Positions 39,841-50,449 of a stretch of 64,000 nt of DNA are shown here, one piece after another (the stretch's first letter is position 1; each line of letters starts with the position of its first letter). The notes beneath the pieces are model-generated. The model did not search any database, was not told the origin of the DNA, and worked only from the letters and a program-made list of their open reading frames with translations. The stretch comes from Deltaproteobacteria bacterium. Lineage in GTDB: Bacteria > Desulfobacterota > B13-G15 > RBG-16-54-18. The stretch is from NCBI GenBank assembly GCA_016927065.1, contig JAFGNJ010000028.1:5165-69164 (forward strand), given 5' to 3'. The position numbers and the translations under genes were made by a program.

Positions 39841-40251
39841 TTAAATATTTGTATATTTCGTTGGTTCTAAATTGGTTGCCATCGTCCAAACAGTCGCTTT
39901 GCATGCGGTCACTCTAAACACCACGAGTACGTCATAACCGCGTTCTTCAATTAACGGCCTTAAAAAAGGTCTTGCTTCAACAATTTCTTTTTTTAGATTC
40001 AAATCATCAATGATTTCGACAAAGCCAGCTATGCGTATTTGCATGTCTTTGCTGTTGAAGCAGAGTTCGACGTGTTTGTTTTGTGTGATCTGGTTATAGA
40101 GCGCCTTAAATGCACCTGTATGAAAGACAAGTCCTGTTGAATCCGCCTTATACAAAAGCATGCCGCGGACACGTGGCTGGTTCCCGTCGGTCGTGGCAAG
40201 GTGACAGGAAGGATTGGCGTTTATAAATTGTAATATCTCTTCTCTGTTCAT
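39841..40251 (-). CDS. Pyridoxamine 5'-phosphate oxidase-family (FMN-binding split barrel) protein
   Basis: Start at ATG 40251 (MNREEILQFINANPSCHLATTDGNQPRVRGM...), the typical PNPOx-like N-terminus. About 136 aa. Confidence 0.6.
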   Translation of the reverse strand: MNREEILQFINANPSCHLATTDGNQPRVRGMLLYKADSTGLVFHTGAFKALYNQITQNKHVELCFNSKDMQIRIAGFVEIIDDLNLKKEIVEARPFLRPLIEERGYDVLVVFRVTACKATVWTMATNLEPTKYTNI

Positions 40252-40551
40252 TTCTCTCTGTGTTATACATAAAAAGCATCGCAATAGCAAGTATTGAAAG
40301 CTACCTTTCTTATCTTAAAGAAAGACGGCGAAGGATCACAAGGTATTGTAAATAATCCTCATATCTTTCTGGTGAGTGCAAATCGATGAAAGTTTCTTTG
40401 GCACTCGTCCATTAAAGGCAGACAAGGGCGAGGAGCATGAGGTAAGACGATAGTCTTTGGTATTTTCAAACGCAAAGGGAAGGTCTATACTTGATATAGA
40501 AAAAATTATTATGCCAGATGTTTCAGATATCCTTGCTCAGAGACGAGGCAG

Positions 40552-41385
40552 ATGAATAACAAAAAGACTATTTCTTTTTTATTATCCTTCTTGCTGGTAG
40601 TTTTGGGGTGTCTCTTCCTTATTTTTCCGTTGTTTTCTTCGCAAGATTCCAAAGGTCCTTTTCGCGTCAAGCGGGTGGTGGATGGGGATACGATCGTGTT
40701 AGATAATGGCCGGCATGTTCGTTATGTAGGTATCAATACCCCTGAACGCGGTGAACGCTTTTGGAGGGAGGCAAAAAATTGCAATACCCGCAAGGTAGGT
40801 GGGAAAGCGGTCACCTTGGAGTTCGGTCAGGTCCGGGAGGACACATACGGGCGCACCCTGGCCTATGTCACTGTTGAGGATGACATGGTCAATGCCCACC
40901 TGCTGAAGGAGGGTTGGGCTCACCTCTTTGTGCTCGAACCGATCATATACTATGATCACTTCCGAAGGCTCCAAGAGGAGGCCAGGGCACAAGGTCTGGG
41001 GATCTGGAGAAAAGACGGATTCACAGGACCGCTCAAGATCACAACATTGCACGCCGATGCGCAAGGGGATGACAGGTACAATCTCAACGGTGAGTACGTG
41101 AGAATATGCAATATATCCCCGCAAGATATAGACCTCCGGGGTTTTTCCCTCGTTGATCTCGAGGAGCACCGGTACATCTTCCCAAGGGGTTCCCTCAGAC
41201 CGGGCTACACTGCACTCCTCGTGACGGGAACGGGAAAGGATATTGCAGCAGGGGCGGATCAACTATCCTTCTACTGGAATTCACCCTATCCCATCTGGAA
41301 CAACAAGGGGGATCAAGCCTTTCTCAGGGGCCCGCAGGGGGAGTTGATAGATAACGTTGTATACAGAAAGGAGTATTCTAACTAA
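40552..41385 (+). CDS. Secreted/membrane-anchored thermonuclease (SNase-like) fused to a lamin-tail domain
   Basis: N-terminal TM/signal. SNase block VVDGDTIVL...VRYVGINTPE...YGRTLAYV. C-terminal LTD-like block YVRICNIS...IDLRGFSLVDLEEHRYIFPRGSLRPGYTALLVTG. Confidence 0.7.
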   Translation: MNNKKTISFLLSFLLVVLGCLFLIFPLFSSQDSKGPFRVKRVVDGDTIVLDNGRHVRYVGINTPERGERFWREAKNCNTRKVGGKAVTLEFGQVREDTYGRTLAYVTVEDDMVNAHLLKEGWAHLFVLEPIIYYDHFRRLQEEARAQGLGIWRKDGFTGPLKITTLHADAQGDDRYNLNGEYVRICNISPQDIDLRGFSLVDLEEHRYIFPRGSLRPGYTALLVTGTGKDIAAGADQLSFYWNSPYPIWNNKGDQAFLRGPQGELIDNVVYRKEYSN

Positions 41386-41485
41386 AGTTTGTATAAGAAA
41401 GGGTGGCACTGGATAGCGTATTGCTTTAGACTAGTCTTTATGATATCTTGCACTTTTTATCTAAAAAGTCCGATGGAGTGGATAG

Positions 41486-44254
41486 ATGGATTATAAGAAG
41501 ACATTGAACCTTCCCCAAACACCCTTTCCTATGAAGGCGGACCTCGCCAAGAAGGAACCTGAGTTGCTCAAGGTGTGGGAGGAGCGGGGACTATACAGCA
41601 AGATTCTCCAGATAGCACAGGGAAGGGAAAAATACATCCTCCATGACGGCCCCCCCTATGCCAACGGCCACATCCACATCGGGACCGCTCTGAACAAAAT
41701 CCTGAAGGACATTATCGTCAAGGCCAAGTTCATGGCCGGTTTCGACAGCATCTATGTACCCGGGTGGGATTGTCACGGCCTGCCCATAGAGCATGAGGTG
41801 GATAAGACGCTGGGGGAACGTAAAAAGGGGATGAGCAAGGGGGAAATCAGGAGAAACTGCCGGGAGTATGCCGCTCGCTTCATCGATATCCAGCGAGAGG
41901 AATTTAAGCGGTTGGGGGTGTTGGGAATTTGGGATGATCCATATCGCACCATGGACTATGAGTACCAGGCCACCATCGTGCGTGAGTTCGGAAGGTTTGT
42001 GGAGGGTGGCTATCTTTATAAAGGAAAAAAACCGGTCTACTGGTGCGCTACCTGCCATACCGCATTGGCCGAGGCCGAGGTGGAGTATGCCTCTCACCAC
42101 TCCCCCTCTATCTTCGTACGGTTTCCAATGATTTCCGATATCGGGAAGGTCTTCCCCTCGCTACGGGGGAAAAAGGTATCGGTCATCATTTGGACCACTA
42201 CGCCGTGGACCATTCCTGCCAACCTCGCCATAGCCCTCCATCCTACCTATACATATGTAGCGGCGGAGGTGAAGGGAGAGGTCTACATCGTGGCAGAGGA
42301 GTTGGCTGATATCGTGATGGATACCCTGGGGATCAAGGATTATAACGTGCTGGAGACCTTTGAGGGAAAAGCCTTAGAAGGATTAACATGCCGCCATCCC
42401 CTCTACGAGAGGGAGTCGATCATCATTCTGGCCGACTACGTCACCCTGGACGCAGGCACCGGCTGCGTCCATACCGCCCCCGGACATGGGCAGGAGGACT
42501 ATGAGAGCGGCCTGAAATACGACCTGGAGATCTATGCGCCGGTGGACGATGATGGCAGGTTTACACCGGATGTGGAGTTTTTCGGGGGGGAATTCGTCTT
42601 CGACGCCAATAAATCCGTCAACGCCAAGCTTTCTGAAGTAGAAGCTTTGTTAAAAAAGGAAGAAATGGAGCACTCCTATCCCCACTGCTGGCGGTGCAAA
42701 AACCCCATCATCTTCCGCTCCACCGAGCAATGGTTCATCTCCTTAGATCACCGGGAGTTAAGAAAACGGGCCCTCAAGGGGATCGAGGCGGTCCGGTGGA
42801 TCCCCGCTTGGGGGCGGGAGCGAATCTACGGAATGGTGGCCAACCGCCCCGACTGGTGCGTCTCGCGGCAGCGGGTCTGGGGGATTCCCATCGTGGCCTT
42901 TTATTGCGAGGGGTGCAACGAAACCCTCCTGCGGAAAGATCTGATAGATTTCGTCGCCGAGCGGTTCGCCCGCGAGGGGGCGGATATCTGGTTTGATGAG
43001 CCGGCAGACAAACTCCTGCTCCCCAAGACCCTCTGTCCTCAATGCGGCGGTGACCAATTCAGAAAGGAAACGGACATCCTCGACGTCTGGTTCGATTCCG
43101 GCGTGAGTTGGGCCGCGGTCCTGGAAAAAAACAAAGCCCTGAAGTTCCCCTGTGACCTCTATCTGGAGGGAAGCGACCAACACCGCGGATGGTTTCACTC
43201 GTCCCTGCTGGTCGCGGTAGGGACCAGAGGGACTCCACCGTACACCAGTGTCCTCACCCACGGATTTGTAGTGGACGGCGAGGGGAAAAAGATGTCCAAG
43301 TCGGCGGGGAACGTTGTGGCCCCCGAGGAGGTCATTCAACGATGTGGGGCCGAGATCTTACGGCTGTGGGTGGCGGCGGAGGACTACCGGGACGACATCA
43401 AGATTTCCCAGGAGATCCTCGATCGGCTCACCGAGGCCTACCGGAGGATCAGGAACACCTGGCGGTACATGCTGGGCAACCTCTACGATTTTGATCCCCA
43501 GCATCACACCGTGCCCGTTGGGGAACTCCTGGAGATCGACCGGTGGATCCTTCATCGCTTCCAGCAGTTGGTGGATCGTGTGTTCAAGGCCTATGAGGAG
43601 TTTGAGTTTCACATTATCTATCACGCCGTGCACAACTTCTGCGTGGTAGACTTGAGCTCCCTTTATCTCGATATACTCAAGGACCGCCTCTACACCTCTG
43701 CACCCTCCTCCCTTAAGCGGAGGTCCGCCCAAAACGCCATCTATCGCGTCCTCAAAGGGATGGTGAAGATCATGGCGCCGGTACTTGCCTTTACCGCCGA
43801 CGAGGTATGGCAACACCTCCCTCAAGAAGGGAGTGAGGAGGAGAGCGTGCATTTGGCGAGCTTTCCCAAAAACGACGAAGAAGTCCTCGACGAGTCCCTG
43901 GAGGAGCGATGGACGCGGTTGTGGGCGGTGCGTGAAGAGGTGACCAAGGCCTTGGAAAAGGCCCGTCAGGACAAGGTGATCGGCCATCCCCTCGACGCCG
44001 CGGTGACGGTGAAGGCGCCGTCGAAACTCTACGACTTTCTCCACGGGTTTGGCTCAGAGCTGCGGGAGCTCTTCATCGTCTCGCAGGTAGCACTGGAGAA
44101 GAGCGGTGACTCCTCCGAACTGACGGTGGAGGTAGGGCGGGCAGAGGGGGAAAAGTGCCAACGCTGCTGGGTCTATGACACGAGTGTGGGGACGGACAAA
44201 GAACACCCCGAGATCTGTCAGCGCTGTTCCCAAACCATCGTGAAAGAAGGATGA
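41486..44254 (+). CDS. ileS: Isoleucine--tRNA ligase (type 1, with C-terminal zinc finger)
   Basis: HIGH motif ([12 protein letters not shown]), KMSKS motif and C-terminal CQRCW...CQRC zinc-binding motif. Confidence 0.97.
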   Translation: MDYKKTLNLPQTPFPMKADLAKKEPELLKVWEERGLYSKILQIAQGREKYILHDGPPYANGHIHIGTALNKILKDIIVKAKFMAGFDSIYVPGWDCHGLPIEHEVDKTLGERKKGMSKGEIRRNCREYAARFIDIQREEFKRLGVLGIWDDPYRTMDYEYQATIVREFGRFVEGGYLYKGKKPVYWCATCHTALAEAEVEYASHHSPSIFVRFPMISDIGKVFPSLRGKKVSVIIWTTTPWTIPANLAIALHPTYTYVAAEVKGEVYIVAEELADIVMDTLGIKDYNVLETFEGKALEGLTCRHPLYERESIIILADYVTLDAGTGCVHTAPGHGQEDYESGLKYDLEIYAPVDDDGRFTPDVEFFGGEFVFDANKSVNAKLSEVEALLKKEEMEHSYPHCWRCKNPIIFRSTEQWFISLDHRELRKRALKGIEAVRWIPAWGRERIYGMVANRPDWCVSRQRVWGIPIVAFYCEGCNETLLRKDLIDFVAERFAREGADIWFDEPADKLLLPKTLCPQCGGDQFRKETDILDVWFDSGVSWAAVLEKNKALKFPCDLYLEGSDQHRGWFHSSLLVAVGTRGTPPYTSVLTHGFVVDGEGKKMSKSAGNVVAPEEVIQRCGAEILRLWVAAEDYRDDIKISQEILDRLTEAYRRIRNTWRYMLGNLYDFDPQHHTVPVGELLEIDRWILHRFQQLVDRVFKAYEEFEFHIIYHAVHNFCVVDLSSLYLDILKDRLYTSAPSSLKRRSAQNAIYRVLKGMVKIMAPVLAFTADEVWQHLPQEGSEEESVHLASFPKNDEEVLDESLEERWTRLWAVREEVTKALEKARQDKVIGHPLDAAVTVKAPSKLYDFLHGFGSELRELFIVSQVALEKSGDSSELTVEVGRAEGEKCQRCWVYDTSVGTDKEHPEICQRCSQTIVKEG

Positions 44255-44745
44255 TGAAAAGGAAGTATATCATCTTGTTAATCATATTCTGTGTCCTCCT
44301 CGCCCTGGATCAAGGGACCAAGCTCTTTATCGAGCACTCTTTCTCCCTGCATGAGTTCAGAGAGGTCATCCCCGGATTTTTCGCCATCACCCACGTGCAA
44401 AACACCGGTGCCGCCTTCGGCCTCCTTGCCGGTCTTCCTGAAGCAGCGACCATCTTCGTCATCATATCCTTGATAGCCATCGCCTTTATCCTCGCCTATT
44501 TTCGCTGGATCAAAGAGGGGGAGGTGTGGGCTCCCCTGTGCCTCTCCCTTGTATTGGCCGGGGCCGTCGGCAACCTGATCGACCGCTTCCGCCTTGGAGG
44601 GGTTGTGGACTTCCTCGATTTTCAGTACAGAGGGTGGCACTGGCCCGCTTTTAACGTAGCGGACGCCTCCATCACCATCGGGGTTATTTTGCTTGCCATC
44701 AAGATCCTGTGGGGAGAAAAGAAGGAGGCAAAGGAGGAGGCCTGA
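44251..44745 (+). CDS. lspA: Lipoprotein signal peptidase II
   Basis: Conserved NTGAAFG and FNVAD blocks, four TM helices. 4-nt overlap with ileS. Confidence 0.9.
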   Translation: MMKRKYIILLIIFCVLLALDQGTKLFIEHSFSLHEFREVIPGFFAITHVQNTGAAFGLLAGLPEAATIFVIISLIAIAFILAYFRWIKEGEVWAPLCLSLVLAGAVGNLIDRFRLGGVVDFLDFQYRGWHWPAFNVADASITIGVILLAIKILWGEKKEAKEEA

Positions 44746-44746
44746 C

Positions 44747-45529
44747 ATGCACCCCATACTTTTAACTATCGGCGGATTCAATATTATCAAGTCTTACGGA
44801 CTCATGATCGCCATAGGCATCCTAGTGGGATTGTTCTTGGCAAGGCGACAAGCGGCACGGGAGGGGATCGATCCTGACAAGATTATCGACATTGCCTTTT
44901 ATGTCTTGCTGGCCGCCCTGATCGGCTCCCGCCTCCTCTTTGTGCTCACGAACTTCAAGGAATACGTCGATAACCCCCTCGACATCTTCAAAATATGGGA
45001 GGGGGGGTTGGTCTTTTACGGCGGGCTCATACTGGCCGTGGCCATAGGGATTTGGTGCATCAGGAGATTCAGCCTTCCCCTTTGGCAGGTGACCGATATC
45101 TTCGCTCCCTCCGTCGCCATCGGTCACACCTTCGGCAGGATCGGGTGCTTCCTCGCCGGATGCTGTTACGGCAAGCCAAGCTCCCTCCCCTGGGCCGTCA
45201 CCTTCACAGACCCTCGCAGTCTGGCCCCCCAGGGGATCCCCTTACACCCCACCCAACTTTACAGCTCACTGGGCCTCTTTGCGATCTTCGCCTTTCTCAT
45301 ATGGCTTCGGAAACGAAAGACGTTTCACGGGGAGCTCTTGTGGTCGTACACCCTTGTCTATGCCATCTTCCGCTTCTTTATAGAGTTCCTGCGGGGTGAT
45401 CCCCGCGGCAGCTGCTTTGGAGGACTCCTCTCATCGGCCCAGACCATCGGAATCTTCCTGGCTGGAATTTCTGTTGTGATGTTACTATATTTAAGAAAAA
45501 GAGGGCTGAGGGCGAATGTCCGTCGCTAA
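44747..45529 (+). CDS. lgt: Prolipoprotein diacylglyceryl transferase
   Basis: Start ATG 44747 (MHPILLTIGGF...). Lgt signature GGLVFYGG...GRIGCFLAGCCYG. Confidence 0.9.
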   Translation: MHPILLTIGGFNIIKSYGLMIAIGILVGLFLARRQAAREGIDPDKIIDIAFYVLLAALIGSRLLFVLTNFKEYVDNPLDIFKIWEGGLVFYGGLILAVAIGIWCIRRFSLPLWQVTDIFAPSVAIGHTFGRIGCFLAGCCYGKPSSLPWAVTFTDPRSLAPQGIPLHPTQLYSSLGLFAIFAFLIWLRKRKTFHGELLWSYTLVYAIFRFFIEFLRGDPRGSCFGGLLSSAQTIGIFLAGISVVMLLYLRKRGLRANVRR

Positions 45530-46055
45530 AATACGAATATATCCTGATTCTATACTCCAGACCAAGGCTGCGGAGATCGAGAACATTGATGGGCGGGTGG
45601 TACACTTGGCTGAAGATATGGCACAGACCATGTACGCAGCCCCAGGCGTCGGTCTGGCTGCGCCGCAGGTCGGGGTTTCTGAGCGGCTCGTCGTTATCGA
45701 CGTCACAAACCCGGAGGGTAAAAAGGGGCTTATCACCCTGGTCAACCCCGAAATCATAGAGATGGAGGGGAAGGTGGTGGAGGAAGAAGGCTGTCTGAGC
45801 CTCCCCGGGATCAGGGAGAACGTCGCCCGGGCCGAGCGGATTCTAGCCAGAGGCTATGACCTAGACGAGCGGGAGCAGAAGATCGAGGCCACAGGGCTCC
45901 TGGCGGTGGCCCTCCAGCATGAGATCGATCACCTCGACGGCATCCTCTTTATCGACAGGATAAGCCGTCTGAAACGGGGAATCGCTCAGAGAAAGATGCG
46001 CAAGCTGGTGCAGCAGGCCCAGTCGTCCGAAGAAAAGGACTATACACTTTTCTAG
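45516..46055 (+). CDS. def: Peptide deformylase
   Basis: GVGLAAPQVG, EGCLSLPG and QHEIDHLDG motifs. Confidence 0.95.
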   Translation: MSVAKIRIYPDSILQTKAAEIENIDGRVVHLAEDMAQTMYAAPGVGLAAPQVGVSERLVVIDVTNPEGKKGLITLVNPEIIEMEGKVVEEEGCLSLPGIRENVARAERILARGYDLDEREQKIEATGLLAVALQHEIDHLDGILFIDRISRLKRGIAQRKMRKLVQQAQSSEEKDYTLF

Positions 46056-46057
46056 CA

Positions 46058-46996
46058 ATGAATTCCAGTACCAGTAAGCTGCGGGTTGTCTTCATGGGGA
46101 CCGCTGACTTTGCCCTCCCCACGTTGCGGGCCCTGGCCGATGCCGAAGAGGTGATCGGGTTCGTCACCCAGCCCGACCGCCCCCGCGGCAGGGGAAGGAA
46201 TCTTGCTCCTCCTCCCATAAAGGAGTTCGCCTTCGACCTCGGCCTCCAAGTGCTGCAGCCGGAGCGGGTGAAGGAACCTTCTGTCATCTCACAGTTGGAG
46301 GAATTGAAACCCGATCTGATCGTGGTGGCGGCCTTCGGACAAATACTCCCCCCTGTCGTTTTGGGAATACCACCCCTCGGATGCATCAATGTGCACCCCT
46401 CGCTCCTCCCCAAGTATCGGGGGGCGGCCCCCATCAATTGGGCCATAATCAATGGTGAAACCCGAACGGGGGTGACCACGTATTGTATGAACGAGGGGAT
46501 GGACACGGGCGCCGTCCTGTTGGTTCGAGAGGTGGAGATCAGGGCGGACGAGACCGCCGAGGAGCTCGGTGAACGACTAGCCGCAATAGGGGGGGAGCTC
46601 GCGAGAGAGACAGTACAAGGGCTCAAGGAACAAAGCCTGCAACCGATCCCACAAGATGAGCAAGGAACCTCTTATGCCCCCCTTTTGAAAAAGGCGGACG
46701 GTCTGATCCAATGGAACGAAGAGGCGGGCCGGATCAGGAATCAAATCAGAGGGATGGTACCGTGGCCGGTTGCGTACACCGTGTGGGGAGATAAGAGAAT
46801 CAAGGTCTTTCGGGTCAAGGTCGGGGATGGCAGGAGCACCCCTGGTGAGATAATCTCCCTTGAGGAAGGGATCGAGGTCGCCTGCGGCACGAGTTCGCTG
46901 ATTATCGAGGAGTTGCAGATGGAGGGGGGAAAGAGGGTAGGATGGGATGATTTTGCACGCGGTCACCGATTGACCCCTGGGGAGAGGCTGGGATAA
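46058..46996 (+). CDS. fmt: Methionyl-tRNA formyltransferase
   Basis: N-terminal formyltransferase domain (INVHPSLLPKYRGAAPI) and C-terminal tRNA-binding domain. def-fmt pairing. Confidence 0.95.
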   Translation: MNSSTSKLRVVFMGTADFALPTLRALADAEEVIGFVTQPDRPRGRGRNLAPPPIKEFAFDLGLQVLQPERVKEPSVISQLEELKPDLIVVAAFGQILPPVVLGIPPLGCINVHPSLLPKYRGAAPINWAIINGETRTGVTTYCMNEGMDTGAVLLVREVEIRADETAEELGERLAAIGGELARETVQGLKEQSLQPIPQDEQGTSYAPLLKKADGLIQWNEEAGRIRNQIRGMVPWPVAYTVWGDKRIKVFRVKVGDGRSTPGEIISLEEGIEVACGTSSLIIEELQMEGGKRVGWDDFARGHRLTPGERLG

Positions 46997-47010
46997 TATG
47001 GAGTTCAGTA

Positions 47011-47883
47011 ATGAAGGAGGAACATACGATGAATCAGTTTAAGACCTATATACTCATGGCGTTGCTTACCGCCCTTCTGGGTTGGATTGGGTACGTGGTA
47101 GGGGGACGTGATTGGGCAATCATTGCCCTTTGCTTTGCTGCGGTCATGAATTTTGGCGTCTATTGGTTCAGCGATCGCATCGTCCTTAGGATGTATCGCG
47201 CGCGAGAGGCGACCGAGGCAGAAGAGCCGGGTCTCCATCGAATCGTGAGGGAACTGGCCCTGCGGGGCGGGCTCCCCATGCCCAAGGTCTATGTGATCGA
47301 GAATGACGCCCCCAACGCCTTCGCCACGGGGAGGAATCCTCACCACGCAGCAGTGGCGGTGACCACGGGGATTAAGCAGTTGTTAAACGAAGAAGAACTC
47401 AAGGGGGTCTTGGCCCATGAGCTTTCCCATATACGCCATCGGGACATCCTCATTGGGACCGTTGCCGCCACCATCGCCGGGGCCATCAGTATGATTGCTT
47501 CGATGGCCCGTTTTGGGGCCATGTTCGGCGGCTTGGGCGGCGATAATAGACAAGGGGGCGGGATTGCACAGCTCATCGCCGTCCTGGTCCTCACCACCCT
47601 CGCCACCATCGCGGCGTTCCTTATCCAAATGGCCATTTCCAGATCAAGGGAGTACCACGCCGATGAGGGTGGAGCCCGGCTTGCCGGTAACCCGCTCTAT
47701 CTCGCCAGGGCCTTGGCAAAGTTGGATGCCGGGGCGAAACGGATCCCCATGCAGGTCAACCCCTCCACCGCCCACATGCTCATTGTCAATCCCCTGCGGG
47801 GGAAGGGGATACAGAGCCTCTTCAGCACCCATCCCCCTATCGAGGAGCGCATCAGGAGACTGGAGGAGATGACCGGTCGCTAA
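47011..47883 (+). CDS. htpX: Zinc metalloprotease HtpX (M48 family)
   Basis: HELSHIRH HEXXH motif and membrane helices. The start may be ATG 47029. Confidence 0.88.
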   Translation: MKEEHTMNQFKTYILMALLTALLGWIGYVVGGRDWAIIALCFAAVMNFGVYWFSDRIVLRMYRAREATEAEEPGLHRIVRELALRGGLPMPKVYVIENDAPNAFATGRNPHHAAVAVTTGIKQLLNEEELKGVLAHELSHIRHRDILIGTVAATIAGAISMIASMARFGAMFGGLGGDNRQGGGIAQLIAVLVLTTLATIAAFLIQMAISRSREYHADEGGARLAGNPLYLARALAKLDAGAKRIPMQVNPSTAHMLIVNPLRGKGIQSLFSTHPPIEERIRRLEEMTGR

Positions 47884-49229
47884 TGGATCGGGCGCGCACA
47901 AAGGCCCTCGAGGTCCTCATACTCTGGGAAAAGAGGGAGTCCCCCATGGACCCCCTCTTTGATGAAGTGGTTATGGCGGATTCCCTACTCACGGATATTG
48001 ACAAGGCCTTTGTACGAGAGGTGGTCTACGGGGTGCTCAGGTGGCGGGGAAGGCTCGATTGGGTCATATCGGCCTATTCCCGCATCAAGCCCGCTCGCAT
48101 GGAGCGCGCCGTTATCACTATCCTCAGAATGGGGGCTTATCAACTCCTCTTTATGGATCGGGTCCCCCAGTCCGCAGCTGTCGACGAATCGGTCAAGCTG
48201 GCCAAAAAGTTACGGAAGAAAGAAACAGCGGCTTTTGTCAACGGAATTTTGCGTGGTATTGCCGAGAAAAGGAAAGAGATTTCTTATACCGATCTGCAGG
48301 TCGACCCTTTAAATCACATTGTAGCTCGCTACTCCCACCCCCTGTGGCTGGTGCGCAGATGGATCGATCAGTGGGGGGTGGATGAGACCTCTGCCCTGTG
48401 CCAGGCGGACAATCAGATACCCCCTTTGACTGTGAGGGTTACCACCCTCAAGGCCAGCCGTGAAGAGGTCATCAAGCAGCTACACGACGAGGGAGTAACA
48501 GCGACCCCCACCTCCTTTTCCCCTGTAGGTCTGATCATCGAAAACCCTCCTCCCCTGGACACATGGGAGCCCTTACAAAAAGGTTGGTTGCAGGTCCAGG
48601 ATGAGGCTGCCCAACTCGTCTCCATACTCCTGGCCCCCCAACCCGGAGAGCGAGTCCTCGACCTTTGCGCCGCCCCAGGCGGCAAGACCACCCACCTGGC
48701 CCAGGAGATGGGGAATCAGGGTGAAATCACGGCGGTGGACGTGAGCCGGGCAAAACTCGCGCTCCTGGAGGAGAACTGCCGGCGGTTGGGGATCTCTATC
48801 GTAAAGACTGTAGCTCAGGACGCGACAGCACCTCTCCCCTTTCCTGCTGGTTCTTTTGACCATGTCTTGGTTGATGCGCCCTGTACAGGACTGGGCACCC
48901 TGCGGAGGAATCCTGACATCAAGTGGCGGATCAAGGAGGCGGATATCCCACGCCTACAAGAGCTCCAACGGGCGATCTTGAAGCAGGTGGCAACCATGGT
49001 GAAAAGAGAAGGGGTCTTGGTTTACAGCACCTGCACCATGACCTCGGAGGAGAACGAAGGGGTGGTCAAGGCCTTTCTTGCCGAACATAACGAGTTTCAC
49101 CTGGAGGATGCCTCGCCTTTTTTGCCTACGGGATGTGAAGGGATGGTGGATGCAAAAGGCTATCTCCGCACGTTTCCTCACCGCCACTGGATGGATGGTT
49201 TCTTCGCCGCACGGATAGGGAAGGGATAA
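47883..49229 (+). CDS. rsmB: 16S rRNA (cytosine967-C5)-methyltransferase RsmB/Sun
   Basis: NusB-like N-domain. SAM motif DLCAAPGGKT. Catalytic Cys motifs DAPCTGLG and YSTCT. Confidence 0.9.
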   Translation: MDRARTKALEVLILWEKRESPMDPLFDEVVMADSLLTDIDKAFVREVVYGVLRWRGRLDWVISAYSRIKPARMERAVITILRMGAYQLLFMDRVPQSAAVDESVKLAKKLRKKETAAFVNGILRGIAEKRKEISYTDLQVDPLNHIVARYSHPLWLVRRWIDQWGVDETSALCQADNQIPPLTVRVTTLKASREEVIKQLHDEGVTATPTSFSPVGLIIENPPPLDTWEPLQKGWLQVQDEAAQLVSILLAPQPGERVLDLCAAPGGKTTHLAQEMGNQGEITAVDVSRAKLALLEENCRRLGISIVKTVAQDATAPLPFPAGSFDHVLVDAPCTGLGTLRRNPDIKWRIKEADIPRLQELQRAILKQVATMVKREGVLVYSTCTMTSEENEGVVKAFLAEHNEFHLEDASPFLPTGCEGMVDAKGYLRTFPHRHWMDGFFAARIGKG

Positions 49230-49262
49230 TATTAGACTAACATGAACGACTTTTGAAACAAC

Positions 49263-49277
49263 AGGGGAAGCTCCCCT
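49263..49277. terminator. Possible bidirectional hairpin between convergent rsmB and pdg
   Basis: AGGGGA-agc-TCCCCT perfect 6-bp GC-rich stem. Only weak T/A tracts flank it. Confidence 0.3.
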
Positions 49278-49303
49278 CCCCTCTGCGAAGGAGATAATTC
49301 TTA

Positions 49304-49771
49304 TTACTTCCTTTCGATATTACCAGAAGTAATCGTTTTTCTTCTTTCCCATTTCTCGATCTCGCCTTCTACCACTGCGAAGCTGGGATGGCATTCGATT
49401 TCTTGAAGGGAGAGCAGCTGTTGGTATATTGTAGGATCGCGCCGCTGTATTTTTACTCGGAGCCAGTCCAATTCGTGCCTAAGTTGTCCCGTGGTGACTA
49501 GGATCTTCTCTATTTCTCTTGGTCCTCCCTCTTCTATTTTTGCTTTGTTAAACTGATAGCTCCTCTTGCACCCTTCTTCCCACACCCCTACCAGATAGTG
49601 TGCGATCGCTTGCTGAGGGTGAGGGTGATTTTTGAATCGTTTCAACTGAGGATGATTTTTATAGCCTTGCGTTTTCCCCTTTAACACGTTTTGTGCCAGA
49701 AGAGATTCTCGCCACAGTGCTACGAGACCTATCCTATCGAGGTACTGTGGATGTATGCTCCACAATCTCAC
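49304..49771 (-). CDS. Pyrimidine dimer DNA glycosylase / AP lyase (T4 endonuclease V-like)
   Basis: N-terminus MRLWSIHPQYLDRIGLVALWRESLLAQNVL...GYKNHPQLKRF matches the conserved DenV-family start. Confidence 0.8.
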   Translation of the reverse strand: MRLWSIHPQYLDRIGLVALWRESLLAQNVLKGKTQGYKNHPQLKRFKNHPHPQQAIAHYLVGVWEEGCKRSYQFNKAKIEEGGPREIEKILVTTGQLRHELDWLRVKIQRRDPTIYQQLLSLQEIECHPSFAVVEGEIEKWERRKTITSGNIERK

Positions 49772-50256
49772 GTATTAAGTGTCCAGATAGAAAAATTCAG
49801 AATTACCGCAAAGCTTACCCACACTATATACGGCAAGAGCAACGAGGCGGCCACCTTAGATATTTTAAAGAAGAAGAAGATCGTCAGCGCGATTGCGATC
49901 CAAAGCACAGCGATATCAATAAGCCCTACAAAGGGAGATCTAAGGCCGAAGAATGATGCCGACCACAAGATGTTAAAGATCAACTGCATGCCGAAAAAAC
50001 CAAGAGCTATCCTGGCCTTTCTCTCGGTGAGACCTGTGCGCCACACGAGGAAAAGCGCGATCCCCATGAGTGCAAAGAGCATAATCCACACAGGGGAAAA
50101 TACACCATTGGGTGGGGTGAAAGATGGTTTTTCAAGCGTTGCATACCAGGTGGGGATTGACGGTCGCGTGAAAAGAGAACCAATGAACCCAGCACCTTGG
50201 CATATCAGTATGCTTATTACCAGTAGAAACACATCCTTTATGTTGATTTTTTTCAT
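49768..50256 (-). CDS. tspO: TspO/MBR tryptophan-rich sensory protein
   Basis: Five TM helices, Trp-rich (WYATLEKPSFTPPNGVFSPVWIMLF...). Start ATG 50256 (MKKINIKDV...). 4-nt overlap with the downstream pdg-like gene. Confidence 0.8.
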   Translation of the reverse strand: MKKINIKDVFLLVISILICQGAGFIGSLFTRPSIPTWYATLEKPSFTPPNGVFSPVWIMLFALMGIALFLVWRTGLTERKARIALGFFGMQLIFNILWSASFFGLRSPFVGLIDIAVLWIAIALTIFFFFKISKVAASLLLPYIVWVSFAVILNFSIWTLNT

Positions 50257-50449
50257 CCTTATTCCTCCTTTCAATCTTTATTGAGGGCTTGAATATACTG
50301 TAATTGCTCTTCTGGGGCACTCTGGACCTCGGATACTGCCTTATAATATCATATAATAACGTGTGTAAAATAGTTGGAATATTGAGTACGCTGAGGAAAA
50401 TGATTTTACGAGATAGATTTGAATACTGTGAAGCTTGATGACCTCTTTG

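Noticed and set aside
41591-43339. Minus-strand ORFs inside ileS (41591..42100, 42758..43339, 43358..44044)
   Set aside because: Antisense to a 922-aa ileS with HIGH/KMSKS motifs. No independent evidence.
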